DNA of 64,000 nucleotides from Auanema rhodensis (lineage: Eukaryota > Animalia > Nematoda), in contig OZ059899.1 of NCBI GenBank assembly GCA_964057225.1, forward strand, positions 11,346,001 through 11,410,000, given 5' to 3'. How positions within the stretch are numbered: position 1 is the first letter of the stretch; each line of letters begins with the position of its first letter. Under the pieces are notes generated by a model. That model ran no database searches. It saw only the letters and a list, made by a program, of their open reading frames with translations, and was not told where the DNA came from. Shown one piece after another: positions 13,281 to 27,936 of this stretch. The position numbers and the translations under genes were made by a program.

Positions 13281-13872
13281 TACGAAAGTACGAAATAACA
13301 AAGCGCTGATTATAGGAAACGTGAATGAATGCAGATATTCTCAATTCCGATTCATTTACTAGATCGTGGTCAGCATTTTACAACATTGATAAAATAGAAA
13401 CTGAGAAAAAAACATCAACAAATGACACTATTAACTTGGTTTTTTGAACAGCTTTTTTATATTTCTTTTTTCACTATGAGAGAACTTATATTTATTGCTT
13501 TTTCAAAATTTTCCATTTTTAACATTATACATCTTGACTATTACACATTGAGAACAACAGTTGGCAATGTTGGTTGTCACGTCATATTTCATGCAGTTAG
13601 ATTTTCAGACACATTAATACCTTTGACCATTTTTCTTATGAGTTTTGTAACGATAGATCGTAATGGGAAATGAATTGCTATAATATGAAAAAATACAAGA
13701 CATAGTCAACATTGATTTCCCCAAATAGTATCATGTTTGCTTGTTATTCAATTAGAACACTTATTTTTTGATTGTTTTCTTGAAATATTCTTTTTTTTCT
13801 TTAACAAAGTTATGACTGAGATCAAAATTTGAACTTACTTTTGAACAATTAAACAGAAATTTAAAAAATATT

Positions 13873-13946
13873 TGCCGCCAGCAGGGGTCGAACCTGCGAC
13901 CTTGGGCTTATTAGACCCACGCTCTAACCGACTGAGCTATGGCGGC
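13873..13946 (-). tRNA. tRNA-Ile(AAT)
   Basis: Array copy. Confidence 0.95.
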
Positions 13947-14537
13947 TACGAAAGTACGAAATAACAAAGCGCTGATTATAGGAAACGTGAATGAATGCAG
14001 ATATTCTCAATTCCGATTCATTAACTAGATCGTGGTCAGCATTTTACAACATTGATAAAATAGAAACTGAGAAAAAAACATCAACAAATGACACTATTAA
14101 CTTGGTTTTTTGAACAGCTTTTTAATATTTCTTTTTCACTATGAGAGAACTTATATTTATTGCTTTTTCAAAATTTTCCATTTTTAACATTATACATCTT
14201 GACTATCACACATTGAGAACAACAGTTGGCAATGTTGGTTGTCACGTCATATTTCATGCAGTTAGATTTTCAGACACATTAATACCTTTAACCATTCTTC
14301 TTATGAGTTTTGTAACGATAGATCGTAATAGGAAATGAATTGCTATAATATGAAAAAATACAAGACATAGTCAACATTGATTTCCCCAAATAGTATCATG
14401 TTTGCTTGTTATTCAATTAGAACACTTATTTTTTGATTGTTTTCTTGAAATATTCTTTTTTTTCTTTAACAAAGTTATGACTGAGATCAAAATTTGAACT
14501 TACTTTTGAACAATTAAACAGAAATTTAAAAAATATT

Positions 14538-14611
14538 TGCCGCCAGCAGGGGTCGAACCTGCGACCTTGGGCTTATTAGACCCACGCTCTAACCGACTGA
14601 GCTATGGCGGC
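14538..14611 (-). tRNA. tRNA-Ile(AAT)
   Basis: Array copy. Confidence 0.95.
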
Positions 14612-15202
14612 TACGAAAGTACGAAATAACAAAGCGCTGATTATAGGAAACGTGAATGAATGCAGATATTCTCAATTCCGATTCATTTACTAGATCGTGG
14701 TCAGCATTTTACAACATTGATAAAATAGAAACTGAGAAAAAAACATCAACAAATGACACTATTAACTTGGTTTTTTGAACAGCTTTTTAATATTTCTTTT
14801 TCACTATGAGAGAACTTATATTTATTGCTTTTTCAAAATTTTCCATTTTTAACATTATACATCTTGACTATCACACATTGAGAACAACAGTTGGCAATGT
14901 TGGTTGTCACGTCATATTTCATGCAGTTAGATTTTCAGACACATTAATACCTTTAATCATTCTTCTTATGAGTTTTGTAACGATAGATCGTAATAGGAAA
15001 TGAATTGCTATAATATGAAAAAATACAAGACATAGTCAACATTGATTTCCCCAAATAGTATCATGTTTGCTTGTTATTCAATTAGAACACTTTTTTTTTG
15101 ATTGTTTTCTTGAAATATTCTTTTTTTTCTTTAACAAAGTTATGACTGAGATCAAAATTTGAACTTACTTTTGAACAATTAAACAGAAATTTAAAAAATA
15201 TT

Positions 15203-15276
15203 TGCCGCCAGCAGGGGTCGAACCTGCGACCTTGGGCTTATTAGACCCACGCTCTAACCGACTGAGCTATGGCGGC
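15203..15276 (-). tRNA. tRNA-Ile(AAT)
   Basis: Array copy. Confidence 0.95.
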
Positions 15277-15867
15277 TACGAAAGTACGAAATAACAAAGC
15301 GCTGATTATAGGAAACGTGAATGAATGCAGATATTCTCAATTCCGATTCATTAACTAGATCGTGGTCAGCATTTTACAACATTGATAAAATAGAAACTGA
15401 GAAAAAAACATCAACAAATGACACTATTAACTTGGTTTTTTGAACAGCTTTTTTATAATTCTTTTTCACTATGAGAGAACTTATATTTATTGCTTTTTCA
15501 AAATTTTCCATTTTTAACATTATACATCTTGACTATCACACATTGAGAACAACAGTTGGCAATGTTGGTTGTCACGTCATATTTCATGCAGTTAGATTTT
15601 CAGACACATTAATACCTTTAACCATTCTTCTTATGAGTTTTGTAACGATAGATCGTAATAGGAAATGAATTGCTATAATATGAAAAAATACAAGACATAG
15701 TCAACATTGATTTCCCCAAATAGTATCATGTTTGCTTGTTATTCAATTAGAACACTTTTTTTTTGATTGTTTTCTTGAAATATTCTTTTTTTTCTTTAAC
15801 AAAGTTATGACTGAGATCAAAATTTGAACTTACTTTTGAACAATTAAACAGAAATTTAAAAAATATT

Positions 15868-15941
15868 TGCCGCCAGCAGGGGTCGAACCTGCGACCTTGG
15901 GCTTATTAGACCCACGCTCTAACCGACTGAGCTATGGCGGC
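15868..15941 (-). tRNA. tRNA-Ile(AAT)
   Basis: Array copy. Confidence 0.95.
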
Positions 15942-16542
15942 TACGAAAGTACGAAATAACAAAGCGCTGATTATAGGAAACGTGAATGAATTGCGAAAAT
16001 GCAGATATTCTCAATTCCGATTCATTAACTAGATCGTGGTCAGCATTTTACAACATTGATAAAATAGAAACTGAGAAAAAAACATCAACAAATGACACTA
16101 TTAACTTGGTTTTTTGAACAGCTTTTTTATATTTCTTTTTTCACTATGAGAGAACTTATATTTATTGCTTTTTCAAAATTTTCCATTTTTAACATTATAC
16201 ATCTTGACTATTACACATTGAGAACAACAGTTGGCAATGTTGGTTGTCACGTCATATTTCATGCAGTTAGATTTTCAGACACATTAATACCTTTGACCAT
16301 TTTTCTTATGAGTTTTGTAACGATAGATCGTAATGGGAAATGAATTGCTATAATATGAAAAAATACAAGACATAGTCAACATTGATTTCTCCAAATAGTA
16401 TCATGTTTGCTTGTTATTCAATTAGAACACTTATTTTTTGATTGTTTTCTTGAAATATTCTTTTTTTTCTTTAACAAAGTTATGACTGAGATCAAAATTT
16501 GAACTTACTTTTGAACAATTAAACAGAAATTTAAAAAATATT

Positions 16543-16616
16543 TGCCGCCAGCAGGGGTCGAACCTGCGACCTTGGGCTTATTAGACCCACGCTCTAACCG
16601 ACTGAGCTATGGCGGC
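16543..16616 (-). tRNA. tRNA-Ile(AAT)
   Basis: Array copy. Confidence 0.95.
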
Positions 16617-17207
16617 TACGAAAGTACGAAATAACAAAGCGCTGATTATAGGAAACGTGAATGAATGCAGATATTCTCAATTCCGATTCATTTACTAGAT
16701 CGTGGTCAGCATTTTACAACATTGATAAAATAGAAACTGAGAAAAAAACATCAACAAATGACACTATTAACTTGGTTTTTTGAACAGCTTTTTAATATTT
16801 CTTTTTCACTATGAGAGAACTTATATTTATTGCTTTTTCAAAATTTTCCATTTTTAACATTATACATCTTGACTATCACACATTGAGAACAACAGTTGGC
16901 AATGTTGGTTGTCACGTCATATTTCATGCAGTTAGATTTTCAGACACATTAATACCTTTAATCATTCTTCTTATGAGTTTTGTAACGATAGATCGTAATA
17001 GGAAATGAATTGCTATAATATGAAAAAATACAAGACATAGTCAACATTGATTTCCCCAAATAGTATCATGTTTGCTTGTTATTCAATTAGAACACTTTTT
17101 TTTTGATTGTTTTCTTGAAATATTCTTTTTTTTCTTTAACAAAGTTATGACTGAGATCAAAATTTGAACTTACTTTTGAACAATTAAACAGAAATTTAAA
17201 AAATATT

Positions 17208-17281
17208 TGCCGCCAGCAGGGGTCGAACCTGCGACCTTGGGCTTATTAGACCCACGCTCTAACCGACTGAGCTATGGCGGC
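17208..17281 (-). tRNA. tRNA-Ile(AAT)
   Basis: Array copy. Confidence 0.95.
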
Positions 17282-17872
17282 TACGAAAGTACGAAATAAC
17301 AAAGCGCTGATTATAGGAAACGTGAATGAATGCAGATATTCTCAATTCCGATTCATTAACTAGATCGTGGTCAGCATTTTACAACATTGATAAAATAGAA
17401 ACTGAGAAAAAAACATCAACAAATGACACTATTAACTTGGTTTTTTGAACAGCTTTTTTATAATTCTTTTTCACTATGAGAGAACTTATATTTATTGCTT
17501 TTTCAAAATTTTCCATTTTTAACATTATACATCTTGACTATCACACATTGAGAACAACAGTTGGCAATGTTGGTTGTCACGTCATATTTCATGCAGTTAG
17601 ATTTTCAGACACATTAATACCTTTAACCATTCTTCTTATGAGTTTTGTAACGATAGATCGTAATAGGAAATGAATTGCTATAATATGAAAAAATACAAGA
17701 CATAGTCAACATTGATTTCCCCAAATAGTATCATGTTTGCTTGTTATTCAATTAGAACACTTTTTTTTTGATTGTTTTCTTGAAATATTCTTTTTTTTCT
17801 TTAACAAAGTTATGACTGAGATCAAAATTTGAACTTACTTTTGAACAATTAAACAGAAATTTAAAAAATATT

Positions 17873-17946
17873 TGCCGCCAGCAGGGGTCGAACCTGCGAC
17901 CTTGGGCTTATTAGACCCACGCTCTAACCGACTGAGCTATGGCGGC
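17873..17946 (-). tRNA. tRNA-Ile(AAT)
   Basis: Array copy. Confidence 0.95.
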
Positions 17947-18538
17947 TACGAAAGTACGAAATAACAAAGCGCTGATTATAGGAAACGTGAATGAATGCAG
18001 ATATTCTCAATTCCGATTCATTAACTAGATCGTGGTCAGCATTTTACAACATTGATAAAATAGAAACTGAGAAAAAAACATCAACAAATGACACTATTAA
18101 CTTGGTTTTTTGAACAGCTTTTTTATATTTCTTTTTTCACTATGAGAGAACTTATATTTATTGCTTTTTCAAAATTTTCCATTTTTAACATTATACATCT
18201 TGACTATTACACATTGAGAACAACAGTTGGCAATGTTGGTTGTCACGTCATATTTCATGCAGTTAGATTTTCAGACACATTAATACCTTTGACCATTTTT
18301 CTTATGAGTTTTGTAACGATAGATCGTAATAGGAAATGAATTGCTATAATATGAAAAAATACAAGACATAGTCAACATTGATTTCCCCAAATAGTATCAT
18401 GTTTGCTTGTTATTCAATTAGAACACTTTTTTTTTGATTGTTTTCTTGAAATATTCTTTTTTTTCTTTAACAAAGTTATGACTGAGATCAAAATTTGAAC
18501 TTACTTTTGAACAATTAAACAGAAATTTAAAAAATATT

Positions 18539-18612
18539 TGCCGCCAGCAGGGGTCGAACCTGCGACCTTGGGCTTATTAGACCCACGCTCTAACCGACTG
18601 AGCTATGGCGGC
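18539..18612 (-). tRNA. tRNA-Ile(AAT)
   Basis: Array copy. Confidence 0.95.
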
Positions 18613-19203
18613 TACGAAAGTACGAAATAACAAAGCGCTGATTATAGGAAACGTGAATGAATGCAGATATTCTCAATTCCGATTCATTTACTAGATCGTG
18701 GTCAGCATTTTACAACATTGATAAAATAGAAACTGAGAAAAAAACATCAACAAATGACACTATTAACTTGGTTTTTTGAACAGCTTTTTAATATTTCTTT
18801 TTCACTATGAGAGAACTTATATTTATTGCTTTTTCAAAATTTTCCATTTTTAACATTATACATCTTGACTATCACACATTGAGAACAACAGTTGGCAATG
18901 TTGGTTGTCACGTCATATTTTATGCAGTTAGATTTTCAGACACATTAATACCTTTAACCATTCTTCTTATGAGTTTTGTAACGATAGATCGTAATAGGAA
19001 ATGAATTGCTATAATATGAAAAAATACAAGACATAGTCAACATTGATTTCCCCAAATAGTATCATGTTTGCTTGTTATTCAATTAGAACACTTATTTTTT
19101 GATTGTTTTCTTGAAATATTCTTTTTTTTCTTTAACAAAGTTATGACTGAGATCAAAATTTGAACTTACTTTTGAACAATTAAACAGAAATTTAAAAAAT
19201 ATT

Positions 19204-19277
19204 TGCCGCCAGCAGGGGTCGAACCTGCGACCTTGGGCTTATTAGACCCACGCTCTAACCGACTGAGCTATGGCGGC
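19204..19277 (-). tRNA. tRNA-Ile(AAT)
   Basis: Array copy. Confidence 0.95.
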
Positions 19278-19869
19278 TACGAAAGTACGAAATAACAAAG
19301 CGCTGATTATAGGAAACGTGAATGAATGCAGATATTCTCAATTCCGATTCATTAACTAGATCGTGGTCAGCATTTTACAACATTGATAAAATAGAAACTG
19401 AGAAAAAAACATCAACAAATGACACTATTAACTTGGTTTTTTGAACAGCTTTTTTATATTTCTTTTTTCACTATGAGAGAACTTATATTTATTGCTTTTT
19501 CAAAATTTTCCATTTTTAACATTATACATCTTGACTATTACACATTGAGAACAACAGTTGGCAATGTTGGTTGTCACGTCATATTTCATGCAGTTAGATT
19601 TTCAGACACATTAATACCTTTGACCATTTTTCTTATGAGTTTTGTAACGATAGATCGTAATGGGAAATGAATTGCTATAATATGAAAAAATACAAGACAT
19701 AGTCAACATTGATTTCCCCAAATAGTATCATGTTTGCTTGTTATTCAATTAGAACACTTATTTTTTGATTGTTTTCTTGAAATATTCTTTTTTTTCTTTA
19801 ACAAAGTTATGACTGAGATCAAAATTTGAACTTACTTTTGAACAATTAAACAGAAATTTAAAAAATATT

Positions 19870-19943
19870 TGCCGCCAGCAGGGGTCGAACCTGCGACCTT
19901 GGGCTTATTAGACCCACGCTCTAACCGACTGAGCTATGGCGGC
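19870..19943 (-). tRNA. tRNA-Ile(AAT)
   Basis: Array copy. Confidence 0.95.
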
Positions 19944-20534
19944 TACGAAAGTACGAAATAACAAAGCGCTGATTATAGGAAACGTGAATGAATGCAGATA
20001 TTCTCAATTCCGATTCATTAACTAGATCGTGGTCAGCATTTTACAACATTGATAAAATAGAAACTGAGAAAAAAACATCAACAAATGACACTATTAACTT
20101 GGTTTTTTGAACAGCTTTTTAATATTTCTTTTTCACTATGAGAGAACTTATATTTATTGCTTTTTCAAAATTTTCCATTTTTAACATTATACATCTTGAC
20201 TATCACACATTGAGAACAACAGTTGGCAATGTTGGTTGTCACGTCATATTTCATGCAGTTAGATTTTCAGACACATTAATACCTTTAACCATTCTTCTTA
20301 TGAGTTTTGTAACGATAGATCGTAATAGGAAATGAATTGCTATAATATGAAAAAATACAAGACATAGTCAACATTGATTTCCCCAAATAGTATCATGTTT
20401 GCTTGTTATTCAATTAGAACACTTATTTTTTGATTGTTTTCTTGAAATATTCTTTTTTTTCTTTAACAAAGTTATGACTGAGATCAAAATTTGAACTTAC
20501 TTTTGAACAATTAAACAGAAATTTAAAAAATATT

Positions 20535-20608
20535 TGCCGCCAGCAGGGGTCGAACCTGCGACCTTGGGCTTATTAGACCCACGCTCTAACCGACTGAGCT
20601 ATGGCGGC
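20535..20608 (-). tRNA. tRNA-Ile(AAT)
   Basis: Array copy. Confidence 0.95.
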
Positions 20609-21200
20609 TACGAAAGTACGAAATAACAAAGCGTTGATTATAGGAAACGTGAATGAATGCAGATATTCTCAATTCCGATTCATTTACTAGATCGTGGTCA
20701 GCATTTTACAACATTGATAAAATAGAAACTGAGAAAAAAACATCAACAAATGACACTATTAACTTGGTTTTTTGAACAGCTTTTTTATATTTCTTTTTTC
20801 ACTATGAGAGAACTTATATTTATTGCTTTTTCAAAATTTTCCATTTTTAACATTATACATCTTGACTATTACACATTGAGAACAACAGTTGGCAATGTTG
20901 GTTGTCACGTCATATTTCATGCAGTTAGATTTTCAGACACATTAATACCTTTGACCATTTTTCTTATGAGTTTTGTAACGATAGATCATAATGGGAAATG
21001 AATTGCTATAATATGAAAAAATACAAGACATAGTCAACATTGATTTCCCCAAATAGTATCATGTTTGCTTGTTATTCAATTAGAACACTTATTTTTTGAT
21101 TGTTTTCTTGAAATATTCTTTTTTTTCTTTAACAAAGTTATGACTGAGATCAAAATTTGAACTTACTTTTGAACAATTAAACAGAAATTTAAAAAATATT

Positions 21201-21274
21201 TGCCGCCAGCAGGGGTCGAACCTGCGACCTTGGGCTTATTAGACCCACGCTCTAACCGACTGAGCTATGGCGGC
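21201..21274 (-). tRNA. tRNA-Ile(AAT)
   Basis: Array copy. Confidence 0.95.
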
Positions 21275-21865
21275 TACGAAAGTACGAAATAACAAAGCGC
21301 TGATTATAGGAAACGTGAATGAATGCAGATATTCTCAATTCCGATTCATTAACTAGATCGTGGTCAGCATTTTACAACATTGATAAAATAGAAACTGAGA
21401 AAAAAACATCAACAAATGACACTATTAACTTGGTTTTTTGAACAGCTTTTTTATAATTCTTTTTCACTATGAGAGAACTTATATTTATTGCTTTTTCAAA
21501 ATTTTCCATTTTTAACATTATACATCTTGACTATCACACATTGAGAACAACAGTTGGCAATGTTGGTTGTCACGTCATATTTCATGCAGTTAGATTTTCA
21601 GACACATTAATACCTTTAACCATTCTTCTTATGAGTTTTGTAACGATAGATCGTAATAGGAAATGAATTGCTATAATATGAAAAAATACAAGACATAGTC
21701 AACATTGATTTCCCCAAATAGTATCATGTTTGCTTGTTATTCAATTAGAACACTTTTTTTTTGATTGTTTTCTTGAAATATTCTTTTTTTTCTTTAACAA
21801 AGTTATGACTGAGATCAAAATTTGAACTTACTTTTGAACAATTAAACAGAAATTTAAAAAATATT

Positions 21866-21939
21866 TGCCGCCAGCAGGGGTCGAACCTGCGACCTTGGGC
21901 TTATTAGACCCACGCTCTAACCGACTGAGCTATGGCGGC
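21866..21939 (-). tRNA. tRNA-Ile(AAT)
   Basis: Array copy. Confidence 0.95.
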
Positions 21940-22531
21940 TACGAAAGTACGAAATAACAAAGCGCTGATTATAGGAAACGTGAATGAATGCAGATATTCT
22001 CAATTCCGATTCATTAACTAGATCGTGGTCAGCATTTTACAACATTGATAAAATAGAAACTGAGAAAAAAACATCAACAAATGACACTATTAACTTGGTT
22101 TTTTGAACAGCTTTTTTATATTTCTTTTTTCACTATGAGAGAACTTATATTTATTGCTTTTTCAAAATTTTCCATTTTTAACATTATACATCTTGACTAT
22201 TACACATTGAGAACAACAGTTGGCAATGTTGGTTGTCACGTCATATTTCATGCAGTTAGATTTTCAGACACATTAATACCTTTGACCATTTTTCTTATGA
22301 GTTTTGTAACGATAGATCGTAATGGGAAATGAATTGCTATAATATGAAAAAATACAAGACATAGTCAACATTGATTTCCCCAAATAGTATCATGTTTGCT
22401 TGTTATTCAATTAGAACACTTATTTTTTGATTGTTTTCTTGAAATATTCTTTTTTTTCTTTAACAAAGTTATGACTGAGATCAAAATTTGAACTTACTTT
22501 TGAACAATTAAACAGAAATTTAAAAAATATT

Positions 22532-22605
22532 TGCCGCCAGCAGGGGTCGAACCTGCGACCTTGGGCTTATTAGACCCACGCTCTAACCGACTGAGCTATG
22601 GCGGC
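22532..22605 (-). tRNA. tRNA-Ile(AAT)
   Basis: Array copy. Confidence 0.95.
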
Positions 22606-23196
22606 TACGAAAGTACGAAATAACAAAGCGCTGATTATAGGAAACGTGAATGAATGCAGATATTCTCAATTCCGATTCATTAACTAGATCGTGGTCAGCA
22701 TTTTACAACATTGATAAAATAGAAACTGAGAAAAAAACATCAACAAATGACACTATTAACTTGGTTTTTTGAACAGCTTTTTTATAATTCTTTTTCACTA
22801 TGAGAGAACTTATATTTATTGCTTTTTCAAAATTTTCCATTTTTAACATTATACATCTTGACTATCACACATTGAGAACAACAGTTGGCAATGTTGGTTG
22901 TCACGTCATATTTCATGCAGTTAGATTTTCAGACACATTAATACCTTTAACCATTCTTCTTATGAGTTTTGTAACGATAGATCGTAATAGGAAATGAATT
23001 GCTATAATATGAAAAAATACAAGACATAGTCAACATTGATTTCCCCAAATAGTATCATGTTTGCTTGTTATTCAATTAGAACACTTTTTTTTTGATTGTT
23101 TTCTTGAAATATTCTTTTTTTTCTTTAACAAAGTTATGACTGAGATCAAAATTTGAACTTACTTTTGAACAATTAAACAGAAATTTAAAAAATATT

Positions 23197-23270
23197 TGCC
23201 GCCAGCAGGGGTCGAACCTGCGACCTTGGGCTTATTAGACCCACGCTCTAACCGACTGAGCTATGGCGGC
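23197..23270 (-). tRNA. tRNA-Ile(AAT)
   Basis: Array copy. Confidence 0.95.
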
Positions 23271-23862
23271 TACGAAAGTACGAAATAACAAAGCGCTGAT
23301 TATAGGAAACGTGAATGAATGCAGATATTCTCAATTCCGATTCATTAACTAGATCGTGGTCAGCATTTTACAACATTGATAAAATAGAAACTGAGAAAAA
23401 AACATCAACAAATGACACTATTAACTTGGTTTTTTGAACAGCTTTTTTATATTTCTTTTTTCACTATGAGAGAACTTATATTTATTGCTTTTTCAAAATT
23501 TTCCATTTTTAACATTATACATCTTGACTATTACACATTGAGAACAACAGTTGGCAATGTTGGTTGTCACGTCATATTTCATGCAGTTAGATTTTCAGAC
23601 ACATTAATACCTTTGACCATTTTTCTTATGAGTTTTGTAACGATAGATCGTAATGGGAAATGAATTGCTATAATATGAAAAAATACAAGACATAGTCAAC
23701 ATTGATTTCCCCAAATAGTATCATGTTTGCTTGTTATTCAATTAGAACACTTATTTTTTGATTGTTTTCTTGAAATATTCTTTTTTTTCTTTAACAAAGT
23801 TATGACTGAGATCAAAATTTGAACTTACTTTTGAACAATTAAACAGAAATTTAAAAAATATT

Positions 23863-23936
23863 TGCCGCCAGCAGGGGTCGAACCTGCGACCTTGGGCTTA
23901 TTAGACCCACGCTCTAACCGACTGAGCTATGGCGGC
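23863..23936 (-). tRNA. tRNA-Ile(AAT)
   Basis: Array copy. Confidence 0.95.
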
Positions 23937-24527
23937 TACGAAAGTACGAAATAACAAAGCGCTGATTATAGGAAACGTGAATGAATGCAGATATTCTCAA
24001 TTCCGATTCATTAACTAGATCGTGGTCAGCATTTTACAACATTGATAAAATAGAAACTGAGAAAAAAACATCAACAAATGACACTATTAACTTGGTTTTT
24101 TGAACAGCTTTTTAATATTTCTTTTTCACTATGAGAGAACTTATATTTATTGCTTTTTCAAAATTTTCCATTTTTAACATTATACATCTTGACTATCACA
24201 CATTGAGAACAACAGTTGGCATTGTTGGTTGTCACGTCATATTTCATGCAGTTAGATTTTCAGACACATTAATACCTTTAACCATTCTTCTTATGAGTTT
24301 TGTAACGATAGATCGTAATAGGAAATGAATTGCTATAATATGAAAAAATACAAGACATAGTCAACATTGATTTCCCCAAATAGTATCATGTTTGCTTGTT
24401 ATTCAATTAGAACACTTATTTTTTGATTGTTTTCTTGAAATATTCTTTTTTTTCTTTAACAAAGTTATGACTGAGATCAAAATTTGAACTTACTTTTGAA
24501 CAATTAAACAGAAATTTAAAAAATATT

Positions 24528-24601
24528 TGCCGCCAGCAGGGGTCGAACCTGCGACCTTGGGCTTATTAGACCCACGCTCTAACCGACTGAGCTATGGCGG
24601 C
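24528..24601 (-). tRNA. tRNA-Ile(AAT)
   Basis: Array copy. Confidence 0.95.
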
Positions 24602-25192
24602 TACGAAAGTACGAAATAACAAAGCGCTGATTATAGGAAACGTGAAAGAATGCAGATATTCTCAATTCCGATTCATTTACTAGATCGTGGTCAGCATTTT
24701 ACAACATTGATAAAATAGAAACTGAGAAAAAAACATCAACAAATGACACTATTAACTTGGTTTTTTGAACAGCTTTTTAATATTTCTTTTTCACTATGAG
24801 AGAACTTATATTTATTGCTTTTTCAAAATTTTCCATTTTTAACATTATACATCTTGACTATCACACATTGAGAACAACAGTTGGCAATGTTGGTTGTCAC
24901 GTCATATTTCATGCAGTTAGATTTTCAGACACATTAATACCTTTAATCATTCTTCTTATGAGTTTTGTAACGATAGATCGTAATAGGAAATGAATTGCTA
25001 TAATATGAAAAAATACAAGACATAGTCAACATTGATTTCCCCAAATAGTATCATGTTTGCTTGTTATTCAATTAGAACACTTTTTTTTTGATTGTTTTCT
25101 TGAAATATTCTTTTTTTTCTTTAACAAAGTTATGACTGAGATCAAAATTTGAACTTACTTTTGAACAATTAAACAGAAATTTAAAAAATATT

Positions 25193-25266
25193 TGCCGCCA
25201 GCAGGGGTCGAACCTGCGACCTTGGGCTTATTAGACCCACGCTCTAACCGACTGAGCTATGGCGGC
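25193..25266 (-). tRNA. tRNA-Ile(AAT)
   Basis: Array copy. Confidence 0.95.
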
Positions 25267-25857
25267 TACGAAAGTACGAAATAACAAAGCGCTGATTATA
25301 GGAAACGTGAATGAATGCAGATATTCTCAATTCCGATTCATTAACTAGATCGTGGTCAGCATTTTACAACATTGATAAAATAGAAACTGAGAAAAAAACA
25401 TCAACAAATGACACTATTAACTTGGTTTTTTGAACAGCTTTTTTATTATTCTTTTTCACTATGAGAGAACTTATATTTATTGCTTTTTCAAAATTTTCCA
25501 TTTTTAACATTATACATCTTGACTATCACACATTGAGAACAACAGTTGGCAATGTTGGTTGTCACGTCATATTTCATGCAGTTAGATTTTCAGACACATT
25601 AATACCTTTAACCATTCTTCTTATGAGTTTTGTAACGATAGATCGTAATAGGAAATGAATTGCTATAATATGAAAAAATACAAGACATAGTCAACATTGA
25701 TTTCCCCAAATAGTATCATGTTTGCTTGTTATTCAATTAGAACACTTTTTTTTTGATTGTTTTCTTGAAATATTCTTTTTTTTCTTTAACAAAGTTATGA
25801 CTGAGATCAAAATTTGAACTTACTTTTGAACAATTAAACAGAAATTTAAAAAATATT

Positions 25858-25931
25858 TGCCGCCAGCAGGGGTCGAACCTGCGACCTTGGGCTTATTAGA
25901 CCCACGCTCTAACCGACTGAGCTATGGCGGC
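25858..25931 (-). tRNA. tRNA-Ile(AAT)
   Basis: Array copy. Confidence 0.95.
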
Positions 25932-26532
25932 TACGAAAGTACGAAATAACAAAGCGCTGATTATAGGAAACGTGAATGAATTGCGAAAATGCAGATATTC
26001 TCAATTCCGATTCATTAACTAGATCGTGGTCAGCATTTTACAACATTGATAAAATAGAAACTGAGAAAAAAACATCAACAAATGACACTATTAACTTGGT
26101 TTTTTGAACAGCTTTTTTATATTTCTTTTTTCACTATGAGAGAACTTATATTTATTGCTTTTTCAAAATTTTCCATTTTTAACATTATACATCTTGACTA
26201 TTACACATTGAGAACAACAGTTGGCAATGTTGGTTGTCACGTCATATTTCATGCAGTTAGATTTTCAGACACATTAATACCTTTGACCATTTTTCTTATG
26301 AGTTTTGTAACGATAGATCGTAATGGGAAATGAATTGCTATAATATGAAAAAATACAAGACATAGTCAACATTGATTTCTCCAAATAGTATCATGTTTGC
26401 TTGTTATTCAATTAGAACACTTATTTTTTGATTGTTTTCTTGAAATATTCTTTTTTTTCTTTAACAAAGTTATGACTGAGATCAAAATTTGAACTTACTT
26501 TTGAACAATTAAACAGAAATTTAAAAAATATT

Positions 26533-26606
26533 TGCCGCCAGCAGGGGTCGAACCTGCGACCTTGGGCTTATTAGACCCACGCTCTAACCGACTGAGCTAT
26601 GGCGGC
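26533..26606 (-). tRNA. tRNA-Ile(AAT)
   Basis: Array copy. Confidence 0.95.
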
Positions 26607-27197
26607 TACGAAAGTACGAAATAACAAAGCGCTGATTATAGGAAACGTGAATGAATGCAGATATTCTCAATTCCGATTCATTTACTAGATCGTGGTCAGC
26701 ATTTTACAACATTGATAAAATAGAAACTGAGAAAAAAACATCAACAAATGACACTATTAACTTGGTTTTTTGAACAGCTTTTTAATATTTCTTTTTCACT
26801 ATGAGAGAACTTATATTTATTGCTTTTTCAAAATTTTCCATTTTTAACATTATACATCTTGACTATCACACATTGAGAACAACAGTTGGCAATGTTGGTT
26901 GTCACGTCATATTTCATGCAGTTAGATTTTCAGACACATTAATACCTTTAATCATTCTTCTTATGAGTTTTGTAACGATAGATCGTAATAGGAAATGAAT
27001 TGCTATAATATGAAAAAATACAAGACATAGTCAACATTGATTTCCCCAAATAGTATCATGTTTGCTTGTTATTCAATTAGAACACTTTTTTTTTGATTGT
27101 TTTCTTGAAATATTCTTTTTTTTCTTTAACAAAGTTATGACTGAGATCAAAATTTGAACTTACTTTTGAACAATTAAACAGAAATTTAAAAAATATT

Positions 27198-27271
27198 TGC
27201 CGCCAGCAGGGGTCGAACCTGCGACCTTGGGCTTATTAGACCCACGCTCTAACCGACTGAGCTATGGCGGC
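27198..27271 (-). tRNA. tRNA-Ile(AAT)
   Basis: Array copy. Confidence 0.95.
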
Positions 27272-27862
27272 TACGAAAGTACGAAATAACAAAGCGCTGA
27301 TTATAGGAAACGTGAATGAATGCAGATATTCTCAATTCCGATTCATTAACTAGATCGTGGTCAGCATTTTACAACATTGATAAAATAGAAACTGAGAAAA
27401 AAACATCAACAAATGACACTATTAACTTGGTTTTTTGAACAGCTTTTTTATAATTCTTTTTCACTATGAGAGAACTTATATTTATTGCTTTTTCAAAATT
27501 TTCCATTTTTAACATTATACATCTTGACTATCACACATTGAGAACAACAGTTGGCAATGTTGGTTGTCACGTCATATTTCATGCAGTTAGATTTTCAGAC
27601 ACATTAATACCTTTAACCATTCTTCTTATGAGTTTTGTAACGATAGATCGTAATAGGAAATGAATTGCTATAATATGAAAAAATACAAGACATAGTCAAC
27701 ATTGATTTCCCCAAATAGTATCATGTTTGCTTGTTATTCAATTAGAACACTTTTTTTTTGATTGTTTTCTTGAAATATTCTTTTTTTTCTTTAACAAAGT
27801 TATGACTGAGATCAAAATTTGAACTTACTTTTGAACAATTAAACAGAAATTTAAAAAATATT

Positions 27863-27936
27863 TGCCGCCAGCAGGGGTCGAACCTGCGACCTTGGGCTTA
27901 TTAGACCCACGCTCTAACCGACTGAGCTATGGCGGC
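27863..27936 (-). tRNA. tRNA-Ile(AAT)
   Basis: Array copy. Confidence 0.95.
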